64,000 nucleotides of DNA from Candidatus Bathyarchaeota archaeon (GTDB lineage Archaea; Thermoproteota; Bathyarchaeia; Bathyarchaeales; Bathycorpusculaceae), in the NCBI GenBank assembly GCA_963811105.1, contig CAWEPZ010000002.1, forward strand, positions 288,001 to 352,000. Reading direction: 5' to 3'. How positions within the stretch are numbered: the stretch's first letter is position 1; each line of letters opens with the position of its first letter. Shown here in pieces: positions 39,441 through 49,747 of the stretch. Below the pieces are notes generated by a model. That model searched no databases. It was not told the origin of the DNA and worked only from the letters and a program-made list of their open reading frames with translations. A program made the translations under genes and the position numbers.

Positions 39441-39724
39441 GATTGGAAGCGCTAACAAAGAAGTATATTGTTTCAGCTGAAAAGGTGCTTAAAGAACTGC
39501 AGCAAACAAAGGGATCTATCACAGTAGCAGAACAAGAAGTGGCTGAAGTATTGAATTGGGCAGCTGATTATCTGGAGGATGCAAAGTATTATAAGTCTCA
39601 AGGGAACCTTGAAACCAGCTTAACCTCAGTAGCTTACTGTGAAGGGCTCTTGGATACTCTACGATTATTGGGCGCAGTGAAATTTGAATGGCCAACAAAT
39701 CAGGAAAGAAAAAAGTTGTCTTAG
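39437..39724 (+). CDS. DUF357 family protein
   Basis: YLEDAKYY...L.SVAY.EGLLD; usual dph5 neighbour. Confidence 0.85.
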   Translation: MRLEALTKKYIVSAEKVLKELQQTKGSITVAEQEVAEVLNWAADYLEDAKYYKSQGNLETSLTSVAYCEGLLDTLRLLGAVKFEWPTNQERKKLS

Positions 39725-40149
39725 CATCAGGAGTGTTTGACCTTCTTCATTTGGGGCACGTCAAGTTTTTGGAGGAAGCTAAGAAGTCAGGGGGAGAAAA
39801 CGCGGAGCTGGTGGTTATTGTTGCAAGAGATACTACCGTTGAGAAAACTAAAGGAAAAAAACCCATAATGTCTGAGTATCAACGTCGCGCATTGGTTGAA
39901 TCGTTGAAGGTAGTTAATAGGGCGCTGCTTGGTTTTGAGAATCTTGACATTGGCGAAGTTATTGCTGACGTTAAGCCCGACGTGATTGCTTTAGGATACG
40001 ACCAGGATGACATGGCAAAAGAAGTGCGTAGTTACTTGGATAATAAGAAACTAAATACCATGGTTGTTAGAATTGATAAGTTTGGAGAGAATACTTTAGA
40101 TAGTTCATCAAAGATAAAACAAAAAATAATTGATAAATCCGTCTCTTAA
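39688..40149 (+). CDS. ribL: Archaeal FAD synthase
   Basis: GVFDLLHLGH, VVIVARD, LGYDQ, SSSKIK. Confidence 0.88.
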   Translation: MANKSGKKKVVLASGVFDLLHLGHVKFLEEAKKSGGENAELVVIVARDTTVEKTKGKKPIMSEYQRRALVESLKVVNRALLGFENLDIGEVIADVKPDVIALGYDQDDMAKEVRSYLDNKKLNTMVVRIDKFGENTLDSSSKIKQKIIDKSVS

Positions 40150-40163
40150 ACTGGTCGTATAGT

Positions 40164-40775
40164 ATGCCTAACTGCATAAAGTATAAGCCCACGTACATTC
40201 TCATCGCTATAAACGTTGTAGCTTATATTTACACTTCAATCGCGGGCGGAAACGCTCTAGTTACAAGCGTCGTTCCTGTTATCATGTGGGGGCAAGTCAA
40301 CGCGCTGGTTTTTCAAGGGGCGTACTGGCAGCTTTTAACATCCATGTTTGTCCATGCAAGCTTAGCACATATTATTGGAAACATGCTTTTCCTATTCATC
40401 TTTGGCTTACGAGGAGAAGAAATGTTTTCGCTGCCCGAGTATCTTGGTATTTACTTAATCGGTGGCTTGGCAGGAAATTTGTTGTCGCTAGCTTTTGGTC
40501 CAGACTTTGTTTCCGTTGGAGCTTCAGGTGCCATATTTGCTCTGTTTGGCGCAATAGTGATCTATTCTCGTCGTTCTGTTAGGCAATCAATTCTTGGAGC
40601 ACTCGTCTATGCCTTCTTTTTGTTTTTCATAAGTTCAGGAGAAGGCGTAAATATTCTTGCACACCTAGGCGGTTTAGGCTTTGGCTTAATAGTTGGGTTT
40701 TGGCTAGCTAAAACACGAAAACCAAGCGAGGACCTTACGACTAAGCGATCTTATTCTCCTTCTATGCCATTTTAG
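40164..40775 (+). CDS. Rhomboid intramembrane serine protease
   Basis: WQLLTSMFVH...HI.GNM, GASGA, AHLGG. Confidence 0.93.
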   Translation: MPNCIKYKPTYILIAINVVAYIYTSIAGGNALVTSVVPVIMWGQVNALVFQGAYWQLLTSMFVHASLAHIIGNMLFLFIFGLRGEEMFSLPEYLGIYLIGGLAGNLLSLAFGPDFVSVGASGAIFALFGAIVIYSRRSVRQSILGALVYAFFLFFISSGEGVNILAHLGGLGFGLIVGFWLAKTRKPSEDLTTKRSYSPSMPF

Positions 40776-41461
40776 GGTGCAATGTAAATTTCGACTTTTA
40801 CTTTGTTGCCGTCTTTGAGGTCTAACTGTTTTCTAAGACATACTGGTGCAATAATTTCCAACACTGACACATCATAGTGGCTGCGCAAAGCAGTTACCAA
40901 GGCGCCCTTAACCTTGTTATCAACGACAACGGGATAGCATTTTACTAACCCAAAAGTTCGGTCTTCATTTTTGAAGCCTGGAATTTCCACCCCTGGATAT
41001 GACTCTATTTCCATCCTCGTTTTAATGTCATAATCACTTGACAACTTGAGGTTTAAGGTGCCTGGGTAAGGCTCAAACCCCAATTTTTCAGTAAACTGTT
41101 TACGATAAGGCTCTTTAGAAATATAATATGCGCCTTCCCCCAAACCTGTGAAAGCAGTTCCTTCCAAAGTCACTGATGGCGGATAAGATTTTTCAACCAG
41201 AAACTTCAAGCTGGAATAAAGCTTCTGCAACTCAACTGTTCCAGCCTCTTCAATTCTAATCAAGCTGCCCTCTGGCGTAATGTTTCGTTGAATCCAACCT
41301 TTACGCTCAAGCTCAATTAGATAGCGTGAGGCGGTCTGCTGGGAAATCCCAAGTTTGCCAGCCAAGTATTCGGTTGAGATTTTAGCGGTTCGCTTGTATG
41401 CGCCCATCTCTGCGAGTTTAAGTAGCATGTAAAGGTGCTGCCAATCGTGTTTTTCGCTCAA
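40772..41461 (-). CDS. ribK: wHTH-fused CTP-dependent riboflavin kinase (RbkR-type)
   Basis: LGISQQTASR HTH; GLGEGAYY, PYPGTLN, LEIIAP..LR..L.LKDG; TTG start at 41461 inferred. Confidence 0.93.
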   Translation of the reverse strand: MSEKHDWQHLYMLLKLAEMGAYKRTAKISTEYLAGKLGISQQTASRYLIELERKGWIQRNITPEGSLIRIEEAGTVELQKLYSSLKFLVEKSYPPSVTLEGTAFTGLGEGAYYISKEPYRKQFTEKLGFEPYPGTLNLKLSSDYDIKTRMEIESYPGVEIPGFKNEDRTFGLVKCYPVVVDNKVKGALVTALRSHYDVSVLEIIAPVCLRKQLDLKDGNKVKVEIYIAP

Positions 41462-41628
41462 AGCGTAGTTACTCCAATAGAGTAGAAAGTAAGCGGTGTG
41501 AATATTTAAGCGGCTCGAAAATCTTACGGTGAAGTTCCAGACAGATAAATCGAAAAAAGCTAAATCTTTGGGATTCAATAATTCTATTGAACTTATTTTG
41601 CTAAATCCTGTGGACGGAAATCAACTGT

Positions 41629-42351
41629 ATGAGCGTTTTTGACGAAATGGGTAAGTACTGGGCAGAGATTGCTGACCAAAACCAAACTGAGCGACAAATC
41701 CAATTCTTACAAGAAATGCTGAAAGAGAATGGATGGGTTTTGGACCTTGCCTGCGGAACTGGAAGGCACCTGATTCCCCTAAGCAAAGAGGGCTATTCTG
41801 TAGTTGGCTTAGATATTTCGCCTAATCTCTTGAGAATAGCGAAGAACCGTTGGCGGGAGGCGCAACTTGTCAGAGCAGACTTACGGTTTTTACCCTTTCA
41901 GCCAGATGCTTTTTCTGCAGCAGTAAGCATGGACACGAGTTTAGGCTATTTGCCCTCCGAGCAAGAGGACCAGCAAAGTCTCCGCGAACTGCGGGCGGTA
42001 GTACATAGGGATGGCGTTTTGATAGTTGATGTTTTTAACTGTAAACGACTAATCAAAAGATACCAAACCAACGGCGAACATAAACGGCGTGAGTATGCGA
42101 GCTTTTTCCTGCTGCAAGAACGCATGGTAACCACGGATGGCAGCAGACTCCATGATTTGTGGACTGTTTGTGACAAGGCGGATGGGCATATTAGGGTTTT
42201 TGAGCATATTGCCCGCCTCTATACTCTCGGTAGTTTGCAAGGCATGGTGGAGAAGGCTGGTTTCAGCGTTAAGGCGGTTTACGGCGATTATGAAGGGCAA
42301 CCCTTCAGCTCTGAATCAAGCAGGCTCATCTTTATCGCCAAAGCTTTCTAA
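41629..42351 (+). CDS. Class I SAM-dependent methyltransferase
   Basis: VLDLACGTGRH, GLDIS, ADLR.LPF, VYGDY. Confidence 0.9.
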   Translation: MSVFDEMGKYWAEIADQNQTERQIQFLQEMLKENGWVLDLACGTGRHLIPLSKEGYSVVGLDISPNLLRIAKNRWREAQLVRADLRFLPFQPDAFSAAVSMDTSLGYLPSEQEDQQSLRELRAVVHRDGVLIVDVFNCKRLIKRYQTNGEHKRREYASFFLLQERMVTTDGSRLHDLWTVCDKADGHIRVFEHIARLYTLGSLQGMVEKAGFSVKAVYGDYEGQPFSSESSRLIFIAKAF

Positions 42352-43241
42352 GACGATTTTCTGTGAAGTCTTAAATAACTCAAAGTCGCCAAGACAACGC
42401 CGAGTGCTAATAATAAAGCCTTCGTCGTCAACGCTGCTGGAAAAGGCTTTGGTTGTTGCTCAGCGGCTTGTTTTAATTGGTTTAACTGTTCGAACCACGA
42501 TAAAGCTTGTTTGAGAGGTGCCCAAATTTCCTGCCTCGTCCTTCATAAACCATCATGTTGTGGTTTCCATCGGACAGGTCTGTCAATGTTGAGTTTCTTG
42601 TAATGATTATGTTATCTTGCCCATTTAAGCTGTAGGTTGCCCGCAAATGTCTTCGTTAACGTGGAAACGCAATGAAATCTATGGAATGTTATAGGTGATG
42701 TTTTTTTTATTGTCAGATCTGTTATGACTGGAGGTGTTGAGTCGGTGGTATTGCCGCTTGTATCGATCGTAGAGTAAACGATGGTTAGCCATCGGGCTTC
42801 GTAGTTAGTGTCGTTGATTCCTGTGAATTTGAAAAGTGCTCTTGGATTGTTGCCTCCCCAAACTTGAACTCCGGCTACCACAGTTATGGTTACGCAGTGG
42901 TGGCCCCCACCTAATGGGGGCAAGTCAACCGTTCCGGTTGTTTGCATGACGACATGCAGCTCCTCTGGATTAGTGCAAACCAACGGTATTTGACGCTTGT
43001 ATTTGTCATCAATATCGTAGGTCAACGTACAATCAATCATTCCCTTGCCAAAGGCCATTTGCAAAGTTAACTGGTTTGTAGTATATGTTGTATTGACTTG
43101 GCAGTGCAGTGTGACCTCCGCCATAGACAGTTACGCTTAGAGCGATTCTTGCGCTAACTTGTTTATACTCACATAATCAGCACTCAACATGAGGACAATA
43201 AATAGAAATGTTAGCAGTTTTTCTATTGCTTTAATTTCCAT
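42348..43241 (-). pseudogene. Degraded secreted Ig-like-domain surface protein
   Basis: Signal-peptide remnant MEIKAIEKLLTFLFIVLMLS; fragments DSTPPVI, LTDLSDGNH, EAGNLG, PKPFP + TM + RKSS* across several frames. Confidence 0.6.
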
Positions 43242-43419
43242 CAGTGTTCACTGTTTGTGGTTTGTTTGTGGCAGGATATTACACTCCTCAAGGAGCAGAG
43301 TGTTCTACAAAAAGAACAGCCCCGAACCAATTTTGCACGCTCTCTCAAGGATTCGTTTTTCAGTGGCAGCACGTAAAAGTTATAAGCCAAAGAAAGACAT
43401 TGAAGATTAAACATCAAAA

Positions 43420-44427
43420 GTGACCGACTTCATGAACGCTTGGAAACTTCGAATTTCTATGGCTGCAACACTAGCCATAATCTTTGGTTTATCAACATTA
43501 ATTTTTGCAGTTATCTTGACGGTAGCTGGAATAGGATTTAGTCTTTTAACCATAGGTGTACTAGTCGTGGGACTCAACATAGCTCAATGGCTTCTGGCAC
43601 CTTATCTTATAGGCTTAATTTACAAAGTTCGAGAACTTAAACAAAATGAAAAACCAGAACTACATCAGGCAGTTAGTGATCTGAGCAAAAAAAGTGGAAT
43701 AGCCATACCGAAACTTATGCTATCGCAGATTCCGCTTCCAAACGCTTTCGCTTACGGCTCACCGCTATCAGGAACACGTGTTGCCGTTACTCAGGGGCTT
43801 CTAGATTCTCTCGACAGAGGGGAAGTTGAAGCTGTGCTTGGGCATGAACTTGGTCACATAAAACACCGTGATGTTCAAGTCATGATGGTAGCATCTTTCC
43901 TGCCTGCTTTGTTCTATTATATTGGTTACTCGATGATGCTTTCGGGCGTTTTCGGCGGAGGCGACAAGAAAAACAGTGGAGGCAGCAACGCACTAATAGG
44001 CATCGGCTTCATGGCATTCTCATGGATACTGACTTTTTTTACCCTGTATCTGAGCCGACTGCGCGAGTATTATGCTGATAGACACAGCGTTTCAGTAGTT
44101 GACAACGGAGCGGAAAAACTTTCCACAGGTCTTGTAACAATAGTTCAAGAAAGTAAACGAAGTGCAAAACCAAATCAAAACAGACAAAAAGGCAACAGCT
44201 CATTTAGAGCTTTATTTATCGCTGATCCAGATCGAGCAAACGCTGATGCGGCGGATTTGTACACTGCAAATATTCGAAGCAAACAAGATTTGCTAAGAGA
44301 AACACTAGCGAAACAGCCAAGTGGAACTGACAAATTCGTAGAAATCTTTTCAACTCACCCCAACATTATCAAACGATTGCGTGCTCTTCAAGAACTTGGC
44401 CAAAATCAATTAAGTCAGCCTAATTAG
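43420..44427 (+). CDS. htpX: Zinc metalloprotease HtpX (M48)
   Basis: PNAFA, VAVT.GL, HELGH, SRLREYYAD, STHP. Confidence 0.95.
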   Translation: MTDFMNAWKLRISMAATLAIIFGLSTLIFAVILTVAGIGFSLLTIGVLVVGLNIAQWLLAPYLIGLIYKVRELKQNEKPELHQAVSDLSKKSGIAIPKLMLSQIPLPNAFAYGSPLSGTRVAVTQGLLDSLDRGEVEAVLGHELGHIKHRDVQVMMVASFLPALFYYIGYSMMLSGVFGGGDKKNSGGSNALIGIGFMAFSWILTFFTLYLSRLREYYADRHSVSVVDNGAEKLSTGLVTIVQESKRSAKPNQNRQKGNSSFRALFIADPDRANADAADLYTANIRSKQDLLRETLAKQPSGTDKFVEIFSTHPNIIKRLRALQELGQNQLSQPN

Positions 44428-45050
44428 AAACTATCCGCGTTAGTTAAGAAGGGATTAACCCTTTTTTCTTCACCCATAACAGTCGTGGGGCCATGCCCAG
44501 GGTAAATTAACAAATTATTAGGTAAACGCATCAACTTTTGCAAAGACAACTGCATGTCTCTGTTTGAACCCCCGGGAAAATCTGTTCTCCCAATTCCTTC
44601 AGCAAATAAAGTGTCACCAGTGAAAACAAGTCGTTCTCCGAGAAGACAAATGCTGCCACGCGTGTGCCCAGGTGTATGAACGACTTTAAGCGATTCATTG
44701 CCGAACTTAATTAAGCTGTCTTCCTCCAGAATGATATTAGCGGGATAACTATTTCTTTCAAGGTCTTCAAGAGCAGAGGCATCAAGCCTATGGATGTAAA
44801 TTGGCACCTTGTACTTTGCTTGAAATGTAGCATCACCATTTATGTGGTCTCGATGTCCATGAGTATTAACGATTAGCTTTACTTTTAGAGATTCTTCAGA
44901 TATGTAATCAAATATTTGTTGCGCTTCAGTGGGTAAATCTAATCCTGGGTCAATTATGATAGCCTCTTTAGATTGCTGAGCGCTAACTACGTAACAGTTC
45001 GTTGACAACATACCCACAATAAACGTCTCAATCAACATTGACATCAACAT
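44424..45050 (-). CDS. MBL-fold metallo-hydrolase (glyoxalase II-like)
   Basis: THGHRDHI, TPGHT, FTGD, PGHG. Confidence 0.93.
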   Translation of the reverse strand: MLMSMLIETFIVGMLSTNCYVVSAQQSKEAIIIDPGLDLPTEAQQIFDYISEESLKVKLIVNTHGHRDHINGDATFQAKYKVPIYIHRLDASALEDLERNSYPANIILEEDSLIKFGNESLKVVHTPGHTRGSICLLGERLVFTGDTLFAEGIGRTDFPGGSNRDMQLSLQKLMRLPNNLLIYPGHGPTTVMGEEKRVNPFLTNADSF

Positions 45051-45193
45051 CGAATATTACCAAATAAGACGAATTAAACTATTTGTTTGCCAACTAATTA
45101 GAACACAACAAGAATAAGCAGATATCTTTTCATTAACTCTCAAAATAGAGTAGTGTTTTTGAAAAGATTAGAGTATTAAAAATACGAATCCTG

Positions 45194-45454
45194 CTAAGCG
45201 TTGATATCTTGTTGGAAGCCGGTTAGCCTAATGATACTTCCACATTTTCCGCAAGATACTACTAGTTCAGCAAGTTCATCATTGACAACTTTAGTGTCTA
45301 AAATTTGATAATTCTTGTCTGTCTCATCTTCAGGAGATATTGCTAAACCGCATTTGGGGCAAGAGAAAGAACCATCATCTTCAATGCTAAATGCTTTCAC
45401 TGTGTATTCCGCTCCTTTTTTCTGCAGCTTTTTCATCATCATTTCTTTTTTCAC
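45194..45454 (-). CDS. Small zinc-ribbon protein
   Basis: CPKC...ISPED...CGKC. Confidence 0.75.
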   Translation of the reverse strand: MKKEMMMKKLQKKGAEYTVKAFSIEDDGSFSCPKCGLAISPEDETDKNYQILDTKVVNDELAELVVSCGKCGSIIRLTGFQQDINA

Positions 45455-45596
45455 CTTTTTTTCTTTTCCTAAGTTTTATTCATTGATTTTCTTAATTAAC
45501 GGTTGTGAATTACTAGTCAGTAAATAGGATTTATTAAAAAACTTCACCCAAAAAGGTGATGAAGTAATATTGATTTTTTTTTCATTTTTGATTGCC

Positions 45597-47498
45597 TCAG
45601 GTTGTTTCTTTCTCAAAGTTTTCGGGTGAGATGTAGTCTCCATATTTCTCTCTTGAATCTAATAGTCGTTGACGCTGCAGATACAGTATGCCAAATAATT
45701 CTAGTGGTGTATCGGTGACGTTTTCTTGGTAGAAACGTTGGACTCGTTCAATTTTCGCTAGGTTTTCCGGGACTCGAATGGTAAATTGTTTAACATAGTC
45801 TTCTTTGGCATAGTTTTTACCCAGAACCTGTTTGAATAACCGTCGTAAATCTTCGTATTTTGGTATGTATCCCGTTGGAGTTTTCAAAGCCTCAACTTCG
45901 TTATGGACTCTTTGCTCCATCCATTTTATCCAAACATGCTTATCCTGAGTGCCGTTCACGTATTTGCCGTTACCCACTTCCTTTAAGAAATAGTTAACGC
46001 CGAAAATGATTGGTTGCTTTTTGAGTTTGCGTCCAAAATCTAGGTTGTTGTGAACGTTTTTGCCCAGTGGTATCGATATGAAGTCTTGTATGCTCATCAT
46101 GTTAATTTCTGGAACACCCTCCTTACCTATTGTTGCGAACGTAGTTTCGGTTTCAAGTGAAGCTCCGTAAGCTATGATGCCGTGCTCCCAGCTGAAGCTT
46201 TGTTGCACAGGCACGTAGGCTTTGGTGTCTCGTCCCCCATACATTATGCCGCCTAATTCAACACCCATTGGGTTGTGCAGTTCTGCATCACAGTTTTCTA
46301 GTGCTTTGAGTGCTAGTGTGTAACGAGCGTTTTTGTTGGCAGGGGGAATATCATTGCCATTCTCGTCTTTTTTGCCTTCGTACCACGTTCCAGTGTAGTT
46401 GCATCCTTCTTTTGGCAGTTCTTGCCCCATGCCAAGCCAGTATGGTTTTCCATCTTTGACGAGTACATTAGAGAAAATGATTTCGCCAGGGTTAGTTAGT
46501 AACTTGTAAATTAAAGCGTCATCCTTGGAGTTTACATCTTGTATTATGCCGAATATGCCCGATTCCACGTTGACCGCCCGAGCAGCAGAATCAATGTCTC
46601 GTATGTAAGCAATGTCATCGCCAAGAATTGTTTCTCCAGGTAGCATAGCTGTTGAGGTTTTTCCACAAGCGCTTGGAAAAGCTCCAGCGAAGTAAGTCTT
46701 GCGTCCGCTAGGGCCAAAGACACCCATTAGCAGCATGTGTTCGGCTAACCATCCTTCGCTGCTTGCTTTTCGAATGGCTAAACGGAAGGCGAGTTTTTTG
46801 AAGCCCACAGAGTTTCCAGCGTATTGAGTGTTAACGCTGTAGATTGTGTTATCCATTTGGTCAATGTAAATGCGTTTTTTGTCATGTTCTACGCTTGTCA
46901 TTTCACCATCCAGTTTTCCAGCTGAGTGAATAACTCGTAGGAAATCACTTTTTGGTCCTGCTTTCAGAAATTGTTCGTATCCGGAGCGGTAGAGGAGACT
47001 TTCGGAGTGAGCAACATACCATGAATCTGTACATTGCACACCGAGAATTGTAAAGATTGAATCTTTCGGACCTAGAGAGATTAAACGAACAATCATTGTT
47101 TTTCCCTGCATAGAGTCCCGCATTAAGCCTCTAACTTCAGCCAAACCTTCTTGGCGGTCCATTTGGTTGAGGGCTTTACTTAGGAAAACTCCTTTAGGCA
47201 CGAGATATTTGGTGGCTTGTCGGTCTCGTCCTTGGTCATATTCGCCATCAAAATGAATGGTATGCCCCTGCAGGGTTAAGATCGCTTGCTCTTCACCTGA
47301 CGCAATTGCTTGTTTTTTGACATGAGCAATATCTTCGACAGAGTCGCTGCAGATAAAAATTTCTTTAGGTTGGCAAAGGTCGCTTTCTTTAGCTATGAAC
47401 TCATGTAAGTTAGGGTTATCTATTATGCTGAGTTTTTTGAAGTCTGATGCGCTAAGTTTTGGCTCAAGCGCCTCAAGGTACGGATTCATTATGCCCAT
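45597..47498 (-). CDS. pckG: Phosphoenolpyruvate carboxykinase (GTP)
   Basis: YAGN..G.K, WLAEHM, FPSACGKT, GDDIA, NARY, YGGRD. Confidence 0.96.
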   Translation of the reverse strand: MGIMNPYLEALEPKLSASDFKKLSIIDNPNLHEFIAKESDLCQPKEIFICSDSVEDIAHVKKQAIASGEEQAILTLQGHTIHFDGEYDQGRDRQATKYLVPKGVFLSKALNQMDRQEGLAEVRGLMRDSMQGKTMIVRLISLGPKDSIFTILGVQCTDSWYVAHSESLLYRSGYEQFLKAGPKSDFLRVIHSAGKLDGEMTSVEHDKKRIYIDQMDNTIYSVNTQYAGNSVGFKKLAFRLAIRKASSEGWLAEHMLLMGVFGPSGRKTYFAGAFPSACGKTSTAMLPGETILGDDIAYIRDIDSAARAVNVESGIFGIIQDVNSKDDALIYKLLTNPGEIIFSNVLVKDGKPYWLGMGQELPKEGCNYTGTWYEGKKDENGNDIPPANKNARYTLALKALENCDAELHNPMGVELGGIMYGGRDTKAYVPVQQSFSWEHGIIAYGASLETETTFATIGKEGVPEINMMSIQDFISIPLGKNVHNNLDFGRKLKKQPIIFGVNYFLKEVGNGKYVNGTQDKHVWIKWMEQRVHNEVEALKTPTGYIPKYEDLRRLFKQVLGKNYAKEDYVKQFTIRVPENLAKIERVQRFYQENVTDTPLELFGILYLQRQRLLDSREKYGDYISPENFEKETT

Positions 47499-47608
47499 AT
47501 TTTTATCGCTTTCCTTGGTGTCATTTGCGTAAGTAAATTAAAAACTTTGTGCAAGAAAAATAAAAGTTGAGGATTGTAACAATCAACCGCCAGTTTCTTT
47601 ACACATTA

Positions 47609-48574
47609 TTAGAGTTCATTTACAATACCAGGTACTCTTGGGAACGGTTGACATTCACCAATATGTTTGACGCCTGCAATCCAGCCTACTAAACGTTCCA
47701 TGCCAATGCCTCCGCCAGCAGTGGGTTTTAACCTGCCTTCCTTTGCCATTTTCAACACTAAAGCATAGTTCTCTTTCTTAACTTGGTCGCGTTCAATCTT
47801 CTTTGAGATTTTGCTATATTCCCATTCTCGCTTCGCACCTGACAGTACTTCACCGAATTGCGGCAAAAATAGGTCATAGTTGTCCCATTTGCCTGATTTG
47901 AAGTCTTCATAATCATAGAATTCTCTAGGAATGTTCGTCACCCAAACAGGTTCGGTTATATCTTTTGATAAGCCGAATTCCCAGTCGGTTGAACCGTATT
48001 TAGATTCTAATTCAACGCGGTCGTAGACTTTGAATGGCCTTTTAGGTGATTTAAGAGTCACGCAACGACATAGAGTAGTTAATTCTACTTTCATTTCACG
48101 CTTCAAATCTTTAACCAATATGCAGAGAGCATCTTCAACTAAGGTCATGATGTCTTTTGAGGTGGCATCTCTGGCTTCAAAGTCAAGTTGTGTAAACTCA
48201 TAGATGTGCTTGCCTGTTTTCGCACGTTCGGCTTTCTCGATGCGTATGTTAGGTGAGAGGATGAAAAGTTTCGGATAAGCGGTGGAGGAAGCAACGAGCT
48301 TATGGATAATCATGCTAGCGGTTGTGCGAACTGGTTTACCGTAAATGTCAACTTCAATTCTTTTGTCTATGGATGCGCCTGGATCTGGCCACAGCGGGTC
48401 GGTACTTTGGCTTAGGGCTACTGGAAGCAACCATTGAAAGCCATTATTTACAAATGTGGATGTGAGGCTTTTTAGCGTATAAGTCATAATTTTGCCAATG
48501 CAAGCTTTTCTTTCAAGTTCACTTGGTGAGAGTTGATCTAATGTTTTTGGAATTTCAATGATTTCTTGTTTCAA
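47609..48574 (-). CDS. asnA: Archaeal asparagine synthetase A (AsnRS/AspRS catalytic-domain paralogue, no anticodon domain)
   Basis: TDPLWPDP, SMI.HK, SPNIR.E, H..EFTQLD, PREFYD, GGGIG.ERL. Confidence 0.88.
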   Translation of the reverse strand: MKQEIIEIPKTLDQLSPSELERKACIGKIMTYTLKSLTSTFVNNGFQWLLPVALSQSTDPLWPDPGASIDKRIEVDIYGKPVRTTASMIIHKLVASSTAYPKLFILSPNIRIEKAERAKTGKHIYEFTQLDFEARDATSKDIMTLVEDALCILVKDLKREMKVELTTLCRCVTLKSPKRPFKVYDRVELESKYGSTDWEFGLSKDITEPVWVTNIPREFYDYEDFKSGKWDNYDLFLPQFGEVLSGAKREWEYSKISKKIERDQVKKENYALVLKMAKEGRLKPTAGGGIGMERLVGWIAGVKHIGECQPFPRVPGIVNEL

Positions 48575-48702
48575 TTTGGGTCACTTTTGTTGATTTAATG
48601 GAAACTACACTATGCAAACGAGATAATAAGTTTATTATAGTAAAACGTAGATAAATTACAAAAAATACATGTTTTTATACTTAAAACGTGTAATATTTAC
48701 AT

Positions 48703-49212
48703 ATGAGCTCAAAAATAGATGAAAAAGACCTAGCTATACTTCAGCTAATACAAGAAAACAGCAAGCTCACAGCCAAACAAATCGCAAAAAAAATCAGCTC
48801 ACCCATAACAACAGTTTTCGCAAAAACAAAGCGCATGGAAGAACTCGGCATTATAAAACGGTACCGTGCAATTTTGGCTCCTGAAAAGTTGAATTTAGGT
48901 ACTGCAGCCTTCATCTTAGCATCCGTTTCCTATAGAACAAAAAACGATGATATCCCTGTCTCTCAAAGAGATGTGGCAGAGGAAATTGCGCGACTCCCTG
49001 AAGTCCAAGAAGTCTACATAATTACTGGGGACTGGGATTTACTTGTGAAGCTTCGAGCTGAGAATGTTGACGCCGTGGGCAAATTTGTGGTCGATAAGTT
49101 GAGATTAATCAAAGGTTTAGAGAAGTCGCTGACATGTATGGTTTTTGAAACTGTAAAGGAAACAACTAGTTTGGGGCAATCGATTAAAAGATTTGAGAAG
49201 AAACCAGTTTAG
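48703..49212 (+). CDS. Lrp/AsnC family regulator
   Basis: IDEKDLAIL..L, ITGDWD; divergent from asnA. Confidence 0.93.
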   Translation: MSSKIDEKDLAILQLIQENSKLTAKQIAKKISSPITTVFAKTKRMEELGIIKRYRAILAPEKLNLGTAAFILASVSYRTKNDDIPVSQRDVAEEIARLPEVQEVYIITGDWDLLVKLRAENVDAVGKFVVDKLRLIKGLEKSLTCMVFETVKETTSLGQSIKRFEKKPV

Positions 49213-49649
49213 GGCTTTGTTTCGATAGAGCGAGAGTAATAGAGAAGCGGCAAGGATAGAAGTACTGTGTTTTTTCCTTTAGGCGTTAAAGCATACTCCA
49301 CTCGCAGTGGTGGGCCAGCATCTACATTTCTTGTAATGTATCGATATTTCTGGAGCATTTTGAGCTTGTCTGAAAGAGTTCTTGAGTTAACCGTTAAGAT
49401 TCGTTTGATTTCGGCAAAACCTATTGCATTTTTTAGCAATAATGTGTAGAGTATTTCAAGGCTCCACTTCTGAAACAAGAGATTAAAGCTCTCTTGAAGA
49501 CTGTCAAGTTCCTCTTTAAGTTCGGAAGGTGTTATTTTTTGGGTTTCGATAATTTGGGTCAATGTTATCTCTACACCTTTCAGCACTTGTTCCATGCGAC
49601 CTTCAACAATTCGTCGAAATTCAGCACTTAGGGTTAATGGAGCGCTCAT
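49209..49649 (-). CDS. HxlR-family wHTH regulator
   Basis: KW...IL, RTLS..LK.L, PP.RVEY.LT.KG. Confidence 0.9.
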   Translation of the reverse strand: MSAPLTLSAEFRRIVEGRMEQVLKGVEITLTQIIETQKITPSELKEELDSLQESFNLLFQKWSLEILYTLLLKNAIGFAEIKRILTVNSRTLSDKLKMLQKYRYITRNVDAGPPLRVEYALTPKGKNTVLLSLPLLYYSRSIETKP

Positions 49650-49747
49650 CTATTTACACTCAGTGTAGATGGGCTCACTTCACACTTTATAAGTATTTAC
49701 TTATACAACAAGGTATACAAAATACATCAGTCAGGAGAAGATAACAC

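Noticed and set aside
45541-45565. Hairpin resembling the start of a fluoride riboswitch
   Set aside because: No downstream pseudoknot partner; more likely a terminator hairpin after pckG
47609-48574. Truncated Asn/Asp-tRNA ligase pseudogene
   Set aside because: Intact ORF with the motifs of stand-alone archaeal asparagine synthetase
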